This document shows, piece after piece, positions 9,424 to 18,802 of a DNA stretch of 64,000 bases. The notes under the pieces are model-generated. The model had not been told where the DNA came from. It did not search any database and worked only from the letters and a program-made list of their open reading frames with translations. The DNA is from an uncultured Veillonellaceae bacterium. GTDB taxonomy: Bacteria; Bacillota; Negativicutes; JARBTT01. Position 1 is the stretch's first letter. Every line of letters begins with the position of its first letter. The stretch is from NCBI GenBank assembly GCA_963805085.1, contig CAWDTA010000002.1, forward strand, positions 256,001 to 320,000, read 5' to 3'. The translations under genes were made by a program, and so were the position numbers.

Positions 9424-12207
9424 TTAAATCATTTCAGCAATAAAGCATAACTCATCATCAGTTAAAGTAATATGGATGGAATTTTCAAAAATCACAGCTG
9501 CTTTTTTGACACACTCTAATTTATGTGTGTCAATTTTAGGAAGATCATCATCATAAATCAGACCTTTTCCTATAATCATCCGTTCTAACGCGCATCCGCA
9601 ATGTACAATCAGACGAACCCGTAAAGGATTATTTAAATTTACTTGCAAGCTTTTTTCCAGAATTTGGTCAAAACTTAATAAAGTATCAATTACCTTGGAA
9701 GGATTTAAATAGGTCAAAAATTCTTGCAAACTATCTTCACAAAAATTACGTAATACTAGATTTTTCATTTTCGGCATCTTTTTCACAACACCAATATCAA
9801 GTAAATTATATAAAATTGTTTCAATTTCGCCATTAACAACTTTTTCTAATGGTATAAATGGTACATCAATATTAGGTTTCACAACCCCAACAGTAGCTAA
9901 TATCCGGTAATCTTTTTTTATTTTTCTCAATGATTTTTCAAGGTTATGAACCCCTACTGGTATTACTTGTATTTGACGATTTTCTATATTTATTAAAATA
10001 TCCTCAATCATTTCTTTCAACTTAGCAGCCGCCCCTTGCCCTGAACTACAAACTGTTACAATAGCTTCTAAAAGTTCACCTTTTTCTCTATTTTCAAATT
10101 TTGTACTTGTTTCATAGCCTTTAAAATTTTTCAACGAATCATAAACATCTTGCAAACCTATACCAACAATGTCCACTTTACGCATCGCTTCTAGAACAAC
10201 CGGTGTGGACACCATATCAATCGTTTTCACTGGAACTTTTAAATGTTCCATAATCATTGGTCCGAAATTACAAAGAGATCCCATATCTACTAGTAATAAT
10301 ATTCCTTGTGAATACTTCAAGCCTTGCAACTTTGCAATAATTTTTTCAAAAATTTCTTGTGGGCGAACTTCTAAAGGCATGTCAAAAGCAATTAAATTAG
10401 AATCATCGGTACTAAATAATTTTTTAGCCACTTCAGCCATTGAAGTGGCTGTGTGCATACCATGCATCAAAACTATAATCATGATTTTATCAATGCTAGC
10501 ATCTTCTTCTTTTAAAGAGCTTAACAATATTGCAAAATACCCCACTTCCGAGTCGGGAACTCTTACATGGTAATGCTCTTCAATTTTATTTTTAATTAAC
10601 AATGCTAGCTGAAATTCCTTACCTTCTTGGTCAATCGTACCTTCAATTGCATTTTCCGGCAAAAGCTGGTGCGATTTCAACCGTTTAAAAAATATGCTTA
10701 AATGCAAGCTGAAAGCATACAGAAAACGCTCTTGGGAAATCAGCTTCAAACACTTTTGTACCTCAAAGCTAATTTTTTCCGTGAAATCTATCAAATCACA
10801 ATCAATGATTTTAAGCAGCCTATCTTTCATTGACATATGCATATCATTTTGTTTTTTATAAAACGATTTAATATATGCGTCGACATCTGATGTAAGAATT
10901 TGTTTAATTAAATCATTGCGAATTCCCTCTCCTTTAAGAAGATTGATTTTTTTTTCAATCATTTGATAAAGATTAAAAGGTTCATCATTATTTTCTTTTA
11001 AAAAAAGGCTTCCACCAGTGGGGGTTATATAAATCGACTCATTTATAGCATGGTTTACTACAGCAAGATCTTTGCGATTGGCACTTAAGGTCAAAAGCCC
11101 ATTTTTGATTTGAGCTGGCAGCATTTTAAAATCAATTTCGATATAGTCTGGGTTATCAATTCCATTTAAAAATGCTTGTGCACAAATAAGTTTGACATTT
11201 GATTTCATTTGTCCTACATTACCACTATCAATACTACCAATAAGTGCTTTGATTGCCTCCAGAGAAATTTTTACTGGTTTATTAATTCGTTGTACTTCTC
11301 CAGCGAATAGAAGCTTTGTGATTTCTATTTTTTCATATACAGATCGTTCCGATAATGGTTGAATTTTAATTATATTAGGAATACGCCGAACAAAAGTTTG
11401 TGTTAATACTGAATTAGGATCTTCTGTTGTTGCACAAATAATTAACACTTTTGCCTGATGATTCCTAGTAGTTTCACCCAATCGGTTGAAATTACCGGTA
11501 TCAATGAAATAAAAGATCATCTCTTGACCTTCCGGTGGCAGGCGATGTATTTCATCAAGAAACAAAATTCCACCATTGGCTCTTTCTATCAAGCCAGCTT
11601 TAGAATTATCAGCTCCTGTAAAAGCACCTCTTATGTGACCAAAAATATGCGCTAAAAGAAGTTGTGGATTATTATAGTAGTCCGCACAATTAAACGTAAT
11701 AAACGGAGAATCTTCTGAAAACCGTCCAATCAATTTACCATATTCATACATCATGTGAGCCAATAACGTTTTACCAACACCAGTTTGACCTACAATTAAA
11801 GTATGTAGTCCATCCGGAGGATATAAAATTGCCGCTTTCGCTTGTTCAACCTGCTTTTTCAAACTCCCTTCAGCACCAATTAAAGAATCAAACGGGCTCT
11901 TTTTATCCGTATTTGTCTGCACACATTTTTCTAACGAATCAAAAAGAAGCGGACCTTCGCCAAAAGTTGTGTCACAAAGATCCTCTAATATTTTTTTATC
12001 GAAATATAAGACTGGTCTGCCTGAAAATTTAATAATCTTACTCTGCCGCTGTAAAGCATTAAGTTCGCGACTAACATTGCTACGTAAGACACCTAGATCT
12101 TCAGCAACTTCCTCCGCTCCAATTCCAACTCTACCCTTCAAATCGTCCTTCTTATATAAAGACGATTTCTTTTGAATGTATTGGTAAATTCTATCAATTC
12201 GTCTCAT
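9424..12207 (-). CDS. LevR/ManR-type sigma54-dependent activator (HTH, AAA+, PRD, EIIA/EIIB-like, PRD)
   Basis: GQTGVGKT Walker A, GAFTGA loop, LFLDEIHRL Walker B, PRD histidines; 927 aa; adjacent to the Man-PTS operon. Confidence 0.93.
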   Translation of the reverse strand: MRRIDRIYQYIQKKSSLYKKDDLKGRVGIGAEEVAEDLGVLRSNVSRELNALQRQSKIIKFSGRPVLYFDKKILEDLCDTTFGEGPLLFDSLEKCVQTNTDKKSPFDSLIGAEGSLKKQVEQAKAAILYPPDGLHTLIVGQTGVGKTLLAHMMYEYGKLIGRFSEDSPFITFNCADYYNNPQLLLAHIFGHIRGAFTGADNSKAGLIERANGGILFLDEIHRLPPEGQEMIFYFIDTGNFNRLGETTRNHQAKVLIICATTEDPNSVLTQTFVRRIPNIIKIQPLSERSVYEKIEITKLLFAGEVQRINKPVKISLEAIKALIGSIDSGNVGQMKSNVKLICAQAFLNGIDNPDYIEIDFKMLPAQIKNGLLTLSANRKDLAVVNHAINESIYITPTGGSLFLKENNDEPFNLYQMIEKKINLLKGEGIRNDLIKQILTSDVDAYIKSFYKKQNDMHMSMKDRLLKIIDCDLIDFTEKISFEVQKCLKLISQERFLYAFSLHLSIFFKRLKSHQLLPENAIEGTIDQEGKEFQLALLIKNKIEEHYHVRVPDSEVGYFAILLSSLKEEDASIDKIMIIVLMHGMHTATSMAEVAKKLFSTDDSNLIAFDMPLEVRPQEIFEKIIAKLQGLKYSQGILLLVDMGSLCNFGPMIMEHLKVPVKTIDMVSTPVVLEAMRKVDIVGIGLQDVYDSLKNFKGYETSTKFENREKGELLEAIVTVCSSGQGAAAKLKEMIEDILINIENRQIQVIPVGVHNLEKSLRKIKKDYRILATVGVVKPNIDVPFIPLEKVVNGEIETILYNLLDIGVVKKMPKMKNLVLRNFCEDSLQEFLTYLNPSKVIDTLLSFDQILEKSLQVNLNNPLRVRLIVHCGCALERMIIGKGLIYDDDLPKIDTHKLECVKKAAVIFENSIHITLTDDELCFIAEMI

Positions 12208-12467
12208 ATTCTAGAACCGTCCTTTATTACTTCTACATTTAACATATGGTTATAAAATTCTCTACAACTCGTACAACTTCTTATTTTTGTTTAGTATTGT
12301 TAATTTCATATTACAAGACATTGAAACATCTGTCCAGTATTGAGGTGACTCGTTTCTTGTAAATTCTCTAAATAAAGACAAGCATACGGTTTTTACCATA
12401 TGCCTGTCTTAGCCCTTTAAAATTCTAATTATTTATTAAATTTTTAGATACGAATCAACCTTATTTT

Positions 12468-12875
12468 TTATTTCTTCTTATATCGCCATTCTCTATATTG
12501 CTCATTATAATACCATTCACCGTCTTCAACGCGCTCTTGTGTTGGTGCTTTTTTCATGTCAGCTTGCTGACGTGCGACTGGCACTGCAACTTCTTTTGTC
12601 GTCTCTTTTACCACTACATTTTTTTCTGGCAAACGCTCTTGAAATAACGTTTGATCTATTTGTAACTTTACGTGATGCCCACTGCCTAGAGAAATCGCCT
12701 CGCGATCTGTTTGACCAAGGACTACGTGCAATAAAATAAGTGCTGAGCATACGACGCTTAAACAGGCAACAACTAAATAGACTCTCCACTCTTCCTCTAC
12801 TTGCAAGCCTCTTATGCTAGCAAGCAACTCACGAATCAACGCAACGGGATTCCGATAACCGATCATTTCTATCAC
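12468..12875 (-). CDS. Hypothetical single-pass membrane protein downstream of spoIID
   Basis: 135-aa ORF with one hydrophobic segment (VYLVVACLSVVCSALILLHVVLG) and a C-terminal WYYNEQYREWRY. The start may be ATG 12866. Confidence 0.6.
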   Translation of the reverse strand: MIEMIGYRNPVALIRELLASIRGLQVEEEWRVYLVVACLSVVCSALILLHVVLGQTDREAISLGSGHHVKLQIDQTLFQERLPEKNVVVKETTKEVAVPVARQQADMKKAPTQERVEDGEWYYNEQYREWRYKKK

Positions 12876-12912
12876 CTCATTATCATCATTCCCGTTTTTA
12901 GTAAAATTTATC

Positions 12913-12941
12913 CAATTTATTTGTTTTAAACAAATAAATTG
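12913..12941. repeat. Perfect 29-bp AT-rich palindrome (14-bp arms, 1-nt centre)
   Basis: CAATTTATTTGTTT-T-AAACAAATAAATTG. Confidence 0.8.
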
Positions 12942-13133
12942 TCACCTAAGCAAAGATAATGTTTTGGATAAGAAATTTTTCAATAAAACAACTCATTTAT
13001 AAACTACAAACATATATCCTAGGCACAAGCAGATGGTTTGCATAAGAAAAATATTTCAACTAAGGCAACATAGACGAATATTACTACCACGTAGCTTTGA
13101 AGGCTCATTGTTTGACCGCAGGAAGTTTGATAT

Positions 13134-14129
13134 TTACGCCCCATAAATGTTTTTCAACTTTACCCCCGTATAAAAATACAGCAATATATCCTTATAGCTC
13201 TTGCCCAACTTCGCCATCCCATTTGCTCCGTATTGGCTCATCCCGACACCATGCCCATAGCCTAATGTCTTAAATACCAATTGATCTCCTTGCAAAGCTA
13301 CAGTGAAGTTTTCTGATCTCAGTCCTAATAAGTTCCTAACCTCCTGCCCTTTAAACGTCTTACTGCCAATACGGATCTCATTTACCCGCCCGGATTCAGT
13401 TAAACTAAGCACCTTCGTGATACTTTGATCCCCACTTTGTACTGCCGCCATTACCCCAGCTTCTGGACCTAGAATCGATTCAATATCTGGCAAGGCAATT
13501 GACTTACTATCGCTATAGCGTGGAGATTTTTCATCCCACTTACACTCTACACTTTGTAAATAAGGATAGTCGTAACCCCATACCTCTTTTGCACTGGCGG
13601 TTCGCCCACCACTGGTTGAATGAAATACTGAACTGATGGGTTTGTCCTCATAAACTAAAATTTGCCCATACGTAGCATCTACCGCCTCGCTAATTCGTTT
13701 ATTATACGCCTCATACTTCTTTCCCCAACGTTCTTTTAATACATCTTGGCTTAGCCAAGCTTGATTTTTCGTAAAATCGGTACTTACATCTGCATCCGGG
13801 TGATCACTCACCCCACCGCCGCCAAAGCTACGCATGCTCTTAACTGCATACGTTCTTGCCGCTACGGCTTGCGCCTCTAAAGCTGCCGGTTCAAATTCGG
13901 CTGGCATTTCCGCACCGACTACCCCTTTGATATAGTCTTCCAATGGCATTGCTTCTACTTTATCCTTTTCTTGCAAATATACATTAATCGTCATACTTTC
14001 TAGTTTCGCCACATTTCTTTGTTCTGACACTGTACTCTTGCTAATTCCCATAACAAAGATCAGCACACTTGGCAAAGCAATCACTAACAAAGCTACCAGT
14101 CCCATCACAATGCCTAGTGGCTTTCGCAC
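13134..14129 (-). CDS. spoIID: Stage II sporulation protein D (lytic transglycosylase)
   Basis: EDYIKGVVGAEMPA, AQAVAARTY, FHSTSGGRT and GYGHGVGMSQYGA motifs. Start set at GTG 14129 after RBS GAGGAGG (the ORF track overextends to 14237). Confidence 0.93.
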   Translation of the reverse strand: MRKPLGIVMGLVALLVIALPSVLIFVMGISKSTVSEQRNVAKLESMTINVYLQEKDKVEAMPLEDYIKGVVGAEMPAEFEPAALEAQAVAARTYAVKSMRSFGGGGVSDHPDADVSTDFTKNQAWLSQDVLKERWGKKYEAYNKRISEAVDATYGQILVYEDKPISSVFHSTSGGRTASAKEVWGYDYPYLQSVECKWDEKSPRYSDSKSIALPDIESILGPEAGVMAAVQSGDQSITKVLSLTESGRVNEIRIGSKTFKGQEVRNLLGLRSENFTVALQGDQLVFKTLGYGHGVGMSQYGANGMAKLGKSYKDILLYFYTGVKLKNIYGA

Positions 14130-14163
14130 AAAACCGCCTCCTCTCATCTCTTGTGTCACTTTA

Positions 14164-14192
14164 AGAATATGCTTTAATACCCTTTTATATGA
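14164..14192 (-). promoter_or_regulatory. sigmaE-type promoter of spoIID
   Basis: TCATATA-N14-CATATTCT on the minus strand matches the mother-cell sigmaE consensus; spoIID is a classical sigmaE target. Confidence 0.75.
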
Positions 14193-14233
14193 CAGGCTAA
14201 AGTGCAAAAGAAGACGAGCTAAGCTCGCCTCTT

Positions 14234-15682
14234 TCATTCGTATTGTATTGCACTCAATTGCCAGAGTTTCAATTCGTTGATTCGGGCTGCTGAGGCACTA
14301 CTGATTGCAAAGTTCATCACTTCTGTTTTAGGGAAATACATCAATGTTGTAACTTCCAGGCCATCCTGGTAATAAATTTCTATTACCGAACGATCAATAA
14401 ATAGCTGTAACTTTAATTCATTTTGCACAGCAAGGGTAAACTTCCGCACGCCTTTGCCACCTAACTTCATATAATTACGATCAATCGTTACGATTTGACG
14501 TACTTTATCATAGTGTAATGTCATGTATTCTTGTTCACAAGCAAGGGTAATCAAAATTTCATCATTTTGCCTAAGATCTAAATCTAACAGTATCTCCGCA
14601 GAGCGATTTGGCACATCAACGGCATAATGATCACAAACTATAGGTTTAACCTGCAGCGCGGGCTCCCCACGTAGCCCCAATAGCTCTCGTACTGGTCGTT
14701 GATAAAGTACCCCATCTCGATATACCAAGACCCGTGGCATCGTTAACGCATAAAGCCAGCCATCTTTTGCCGTTGGATATTCATGATCTTTATCTGGCAT
14801 GCCAACCCAACCAATCAATAACGTTCTACCATCGTGCGTGAAAACTTGCGGTGCATAGAAATCAAACCCCATATCGAGTTCTTTGAATTCATTATGGTTC
14901 AGTGCTGGTACTGTAACATCGAGTTGACCAATCACATAACCAGATTGATAAATATTTTGATATTTCACCTCTTCGGCTTCTAATCCTTGTGGTGAAAAGA
15001 TAAACGCATACTTGCCTTCACTGACTTTAACCAGATTGGGACATTCCCACATATAGCCAAAGTCTGGCATTGAGGTTTTAAGTTCACCAACCAATGTCCA
15101 ATCTTTAAACTCTTTCGACTGATAAAGTAGGGCTCTTCCTTGTAAACTGTTTGTCTGCACACCAAGAATCATATAAAACATTTCATTTATTTGAAATACA
15201 AACGGATCTCTAAAATGCGCAGTATAGCCCTCTGGTTGATTTTTTATGAGAATAGCATCTTTGGTAACTGAACCATCTTGATGATAGGTCGCTACACATT
15301 GATAGGATTCACGATTGTTATTTTTGTCTTTGACATTTCCCGTATAAACAAGTTTAATCGCATCATCTTTGATGAACCCACTGCCAGAATAGCAGCCATC
15401 TTTGTCAAACCAATCCTTTGGCTTTAAAACAATTTTGGGTTTACTATAATGAATAAAATCGGTTGTTGTTACCAGTGCCCAGTGTTTATTTTTATGTTCG
15501 CAACCAAAAGGATTCCATTGATAAAAAATATGGAATTTTTGATTATAATAACTAAGTCCATTTGGATCATTTACTAAACCAAATGGCATTTCAATATGAA
15601 ACTGATTACGCCAAGGATGTTCGTGTTGTTCAGCATAATATTTTTCTATTTTTTTATCAAGCTCTTCATATTGTCCAAGCAT
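14234..15682 (-). CDS. scrB: Sucrose-6-phosphate hydrolase (GH32)
   Basis: NDPNG, FRDP and MWECP GH32 catalytic motifs. Confidence 0.92.
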   Translation of the reverse strand: MLGQYEELDKKIEKYYAEQHEHPWRNQFHIEMPFGLVNDPNGLSYYNQKFHIFYQWNPFGCEHKNKHWALVTTTDFIHYSKPKIVLKPKDWFDKDGCYSGSGFIKDDAIKLVYTGNVKDKNNNRESYQCVATYHQDGSVTKDAILIKNQPEGYTAHFRDPFVFQINEMFYMILGVQTNSLQGRALLYQSKEFKDWTLVGELKTSMPDFGYMWECPNLVKVSEGKYAFIFSPQGLEAEEVKYQNIYQSGYVIGQLDVTVPALNHNEFKELDMGFDFYAPQVFTHDGRTLLIGWVGMPDKDHEYPTAKDGWLYALTMPRVLVYRDGVLYQRPVRELLGLRGEPALQVKPIVCDHYAVDVPNRSAEILLDLDLRQNDEILITLACEQEYMTLHYDKVRQIVTIDRNYMKLGGKGVRKFTLAVQNELKLQLFIDRSVIEIYYQDGLEVTTLMYFPKTEVMNFAISSASAARINELKLWQLSAIQYE

Positions 15683-15694
15683 CGTTACCTCTTT

Positions 15695-16687
15695 CTAGTT
15701 TATATCCATTACGCTTTCACGTTCAATTAATTGTAGCGGTACATCCTTATTTAAGATTATTTCCTTGCCCTCAATTAAGTCTAAAATACCTTGTGCGATT
15801 CTTACGCCAATCAAATCAAAGTCAAAGGCTACCGTCGTCAAACGAGGATAAGAAACCGTACCGACATCATAACCACCAAAACCGGCAACTGAAATTTGCT
15901 TAGGTACTTTCATTTGCTGTTCGTGTAAATAACGAATGATACCCAAACTGATATTATCGGTAGCACATACGATAGCAGTTGGCTGATACTTAAGAACTTC
16001 GCTACCTCGATCATAGGCTTTCATAAAGGAAAAGCCTGCTTCTACAAAATGCACATTACAATCTGGATTATGATTTGTTACAGCATCAATAAAACCTTGT
16101 TTACGTTCCACACCTACGGCATAATCCTTCTCATGAACGCCAAGAAAAACAATCTTCTTATGACCTTTTTCTTTCACATAGTTCCCCATGATTTGACCTG
16201 CTTGATAATCATCGACTTTTACATAATTGACAAACTCACTTTTTTGCCCTGTAAAAACAATAGGAAGCTCTAGCGATTTCATTAGCTCAATATGCCGTTT
16301 GGTAATCGCAATTGAATTGACGATGATTCCATCCACGCCTTGCTGATGCAAATTGTTGATATTAGCCAATTCTTTTGCCACGTTCAGCTCACTGCTTAAG
16401 ATCAGGCCCTGATACTGATCTTCATCTAAACGCCGATTAATTCCCGTAAGTAATTTTCCCACCGTAACGGAATCAATCCGCGGTAATACGATACCGATTA
16501 GCTTGCTCTGTTTAGTCTTCAATCGTTTTGCAAAAAAATTAGTTTGAAATCCCGTTTTTTCAATAGCCTCTTTTATTTTATCGGCATTTTCTTTACTCAC
16601 ATAGCCATTGTTTAAATAGCGAGAAACACTGCTCTTAGATACATTGACCATATCGGCAACATCTTGTATTGTAATTTTCCTCTCCAT
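15695..16687 (-). CDS. scrR: LacI-family repressor of the sucrose operon
   Basis: TIQDVADMVNVSKSSVSRYLN HTH; lies between the PTS and GH32 genes. Confidence 0.88.
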   Translation of the reverse strand: MERKITIQDVADMVNVSKSSVSRYLNNGYVSKENADKIKEAIEKTGFQTNFFAKRLKTKQSKLIGIVLPRIDSVTVGKLLTGINRRLDEDQYQGLILSSELNVAKELANINNLHQQGVDGIIVNSIAITKRHIELMKSLELPIVFTGQKSEFVNYVKVDDYQAGQIMGNYVKEKGHKKIVFLGVHEKDYAVGVERKQGFIDAVTNHNPDCNVHFVEAGFSFMKAYDRGSEVLKYQPTAIVCATDNISLGIIRYLHEQQMKVPKQISVAGFGGYDVGTVSYPRLTTVAFDFDLIGVRIAQGILDLIEGKEIILNKDVPLQLIERESVMDIN

Positions 16688-16708
16688 ACCTGCCTCCCAA
16701 TCGATCGG

Positions 16709-18571
16709 TCATTCTTGTGGCTTATATAAAACATAAGTTAAGCCAAAGGCTACCCCAAAACCAACCGCATTTACTATGATATATTGTACCATATGATTGA
16801 TATATAGGAGTGTACCTGGTAATACCGTAATCCCCATACCAGTACCGGAGAGCTGAAAAATACTTGCACACATTCCAGCACAAGCCCCACCAATTAAGGC
16901 ATAAATAAACGGTCTCATAAATCTTAAATTAACGCCGAAAATCGCGGGCTCCGTAATACCCAAAAATGCCGGAATGGCCGATGAAATATAAAGCGAACGT
17001 TTTTTCTTGTCCTTGGTTTTGAGTGCTACCGCAAGCGCTGCCGCCCCTTGGGCAATAATTGCGCCAGTCATGATAGCATTGAACATATTTGTGCCAGTCG
17101 TCGCAAGTAATTCTACCTCTAGTGCATTAAAGGCATGATGTACACCGGTGACAACGATCAACTGGTGCAAGCCGCCCACAACAAAACCACCAATACCAAA
17201 CGGAAGGTATAAAAAAGTTTTAATTGCACCAAAAACCAAAATTTCAATGCTATGCATGATTGGACCAACAACAAGTAATCCTAAAACCATGGATATTAAG
17301 AGTGTCAAAAATGGTGTAACAATTAAGTCCAGTACATCTGGCACTATCTTCCTCAAGGCTTGCTGCGTTTTTGCCGCAATGATACTGAGTACCAACGCTG
17401 GCAATACCGATCCTTGATAACCGACGATAGAAATATCAATACCAAATAATGAAAGTCCAATTGGCATCGCTTCACCCGCGGCAACTACATACGCATTGGG
17501 AAGTTGTGGTGCCACGAGCATCAGACCTAGTACTATCCCAATAACCGGCGTACCACCAAATTTTTTCATCGTTGACCAAGCAACCAGCGCTGGCAAAAAA
17601 GCAAAAGCCGTATCGGTTAAAATTTGTGACATCAGTATAAAATTCTTACCAAGATCAACTCCCAGATTTGTCATCAGGCCTCTAATGCCCATAAATAAAC
17701 CAGTGGCAACGAGTACTGGAATTATTGGTACAAAAACATCACCAAAGGTTCTCGATATCTTTTGCAGCACAGACATTTCATCATAAGCGGCTTCTTTATG
17801 ATTGCTATTCCTAAGTTCTGCCGAATCGTTTACGATAACATCATAAACTTTATTTACAAAGCCAGTTCCTAAGATAATTTGATATTGTGCTGCTGCAAAG
17901 AATTGCCCCTTTACCCCATCAATTGCTTCAATTTCTTTTTCCTTAATTTTTTCTTTATATTTTAAAATCAATCGCAGGCGTGTCGCACAATGCTCGACTG
18001 ACCTAATATTTTCTCTTCCACCAACATGTAATAAAATCTGTTCGGCAACTGTATACTCTTTTGCCACCACTCCTGTTGCTACACCTGGTTTTACCATAGT
18101 GGAAGAGCTGCTTGTACTGCCAGCTACACTATTTTGTTCTGCCTGCGTGATGTCTAGTTCTTGTTTGATAGAAACATTGCCATATTGATCGGCGTTGGTT
18201 ACCACAACAGGCGTCGTAACATCATAACCACTTTTAACGATGGCATCCTTATCGAATTCAACCAGTAACTCACCTTTTTTGATTCTATCCCCTTGCGTTA
18301 TGTAAGCAGTAAAATAGTTACCACCTAAATTTACCGTATCAAAACCAATGTGAATTAATAGCTCTACACCATCGGTTGAAACCAATCCGATTGCATGTTT
18401 TGTTTCAAATAAAGCCGATACTATACCATCAAATGGTGCCACGACTTTGCCATCACTCGGCATTATCGCCGCTCCTTTACCCAAAGCTCCACTTGAAAAA
18501 ACAGCATCTTTTACTTCACTTAAAGAAATCATTTCACCCTTTATTGGGCTAGTAATGATAATATCTTTCAT
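16709..18571 (-). CDS. scrA: Sucrose-type PTS enzyme II, domain order EIIA-EIIB-EIIC
   Basis: N-terminal EIIA (LLIHIGFDTV), central EIIB (HCATRLR), C-terminal EIIC (GITEPAIFGVNL). Confidence 0.88.
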   Translation of the reverse strand: MKDIIITSPIKGEMISLSEVKDAVFSSGALGKGAAIMPSDGKVVAPFDGIVSALFETKHAIGLVSTDGVELLIHIGFDTVNLGGNYFTAYITQGDRIKKGELLVEFDKDAIVKSGYDVTTPVVVTNADQYGNVSIKQELDITQAEQNSVAGSTSSSSTMVKPGVATGVVAKEYTVAEQILLHVGGRENIRSVEHCATRLRLILKYKEKIKEKEIEAIDGVKGQFFAAAQYQIILGTGFVNKVYDVIVNDSAELRNSNHKEAAYDEMSVLQKISRTFGDVFVPIIPVLVATGLFMGIRGLMTNLGVDLGKNFILMSQILTDTAFAFLPALVAWSTMKKFGGTPVIGIVLGLMLVAPQLPNAYVVAAGEAMPIGLSLFGIDISIVGYQGSVLPALVLSIIAAKTQQALRKIVPDVLDLIVTPFLTLLISMVLGLLVVGPIMHSIEILVFGAIKTFLYLPFGIGGFVVGGLHQLIVVTGVHHAFNALEVELLATTGTNMFNAIMTGAIIAQGAAALAVALKTKDKKKRSLYISSAIPAFLGITEPAIFGVNLRFMRPFIYALIGGACAGMCASIFQLSGTGMGITVLPGTLLYINHMVQYIIVNAVGFGVAFGLTYVLYKPQE

Positions 18572-18600
18572 CTACATTTCCTCCTTAAATCCGCAAGGTA

Positions 18601-18652
18601 TGGAACCGATTCCACAAAACATATCATACCAGTTGTAAAATTGCCCTGTCAA
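18601..18652 (-). promoter_or_regulatory. sigmaA promoter and LacI-type operator of the scr operon
   Basis: TTGACA (18652-18647)-N18-TATGAT (18628-18623) with TG extension; near-palindrome TGGAACCGATTCCA at 18601-18614 just downstream. Confidence 0.75.
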
Positions 18653-18802
18653 CAGTTTTTATTATCTAAATATTCAATATATCATGTCTTTTTTACGAAA
18701 GAATATTTTTATTTACTTGTTTTAGCCTTTATCACTTGCCACGAGCCTTAGTTCTTCAATATAATAAAGGAGTATATTATAAAAAGGAATCAGGCTGATA
18801 TC

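Noticed and set aside
13020-13130. Possible degenerate repeat or riboswitch downstream of spoIID
   Set aside because: Only short motif echoes (GCAGATG); no convincing stem or known aptamer could be built by eye.
14130-14237. N-terminal extension of spoIID overlapping scrB
   Set aside because: The region holds the scrB terminator-like hairpin, the sigmaE promoter and the RBS for GTG 14129.
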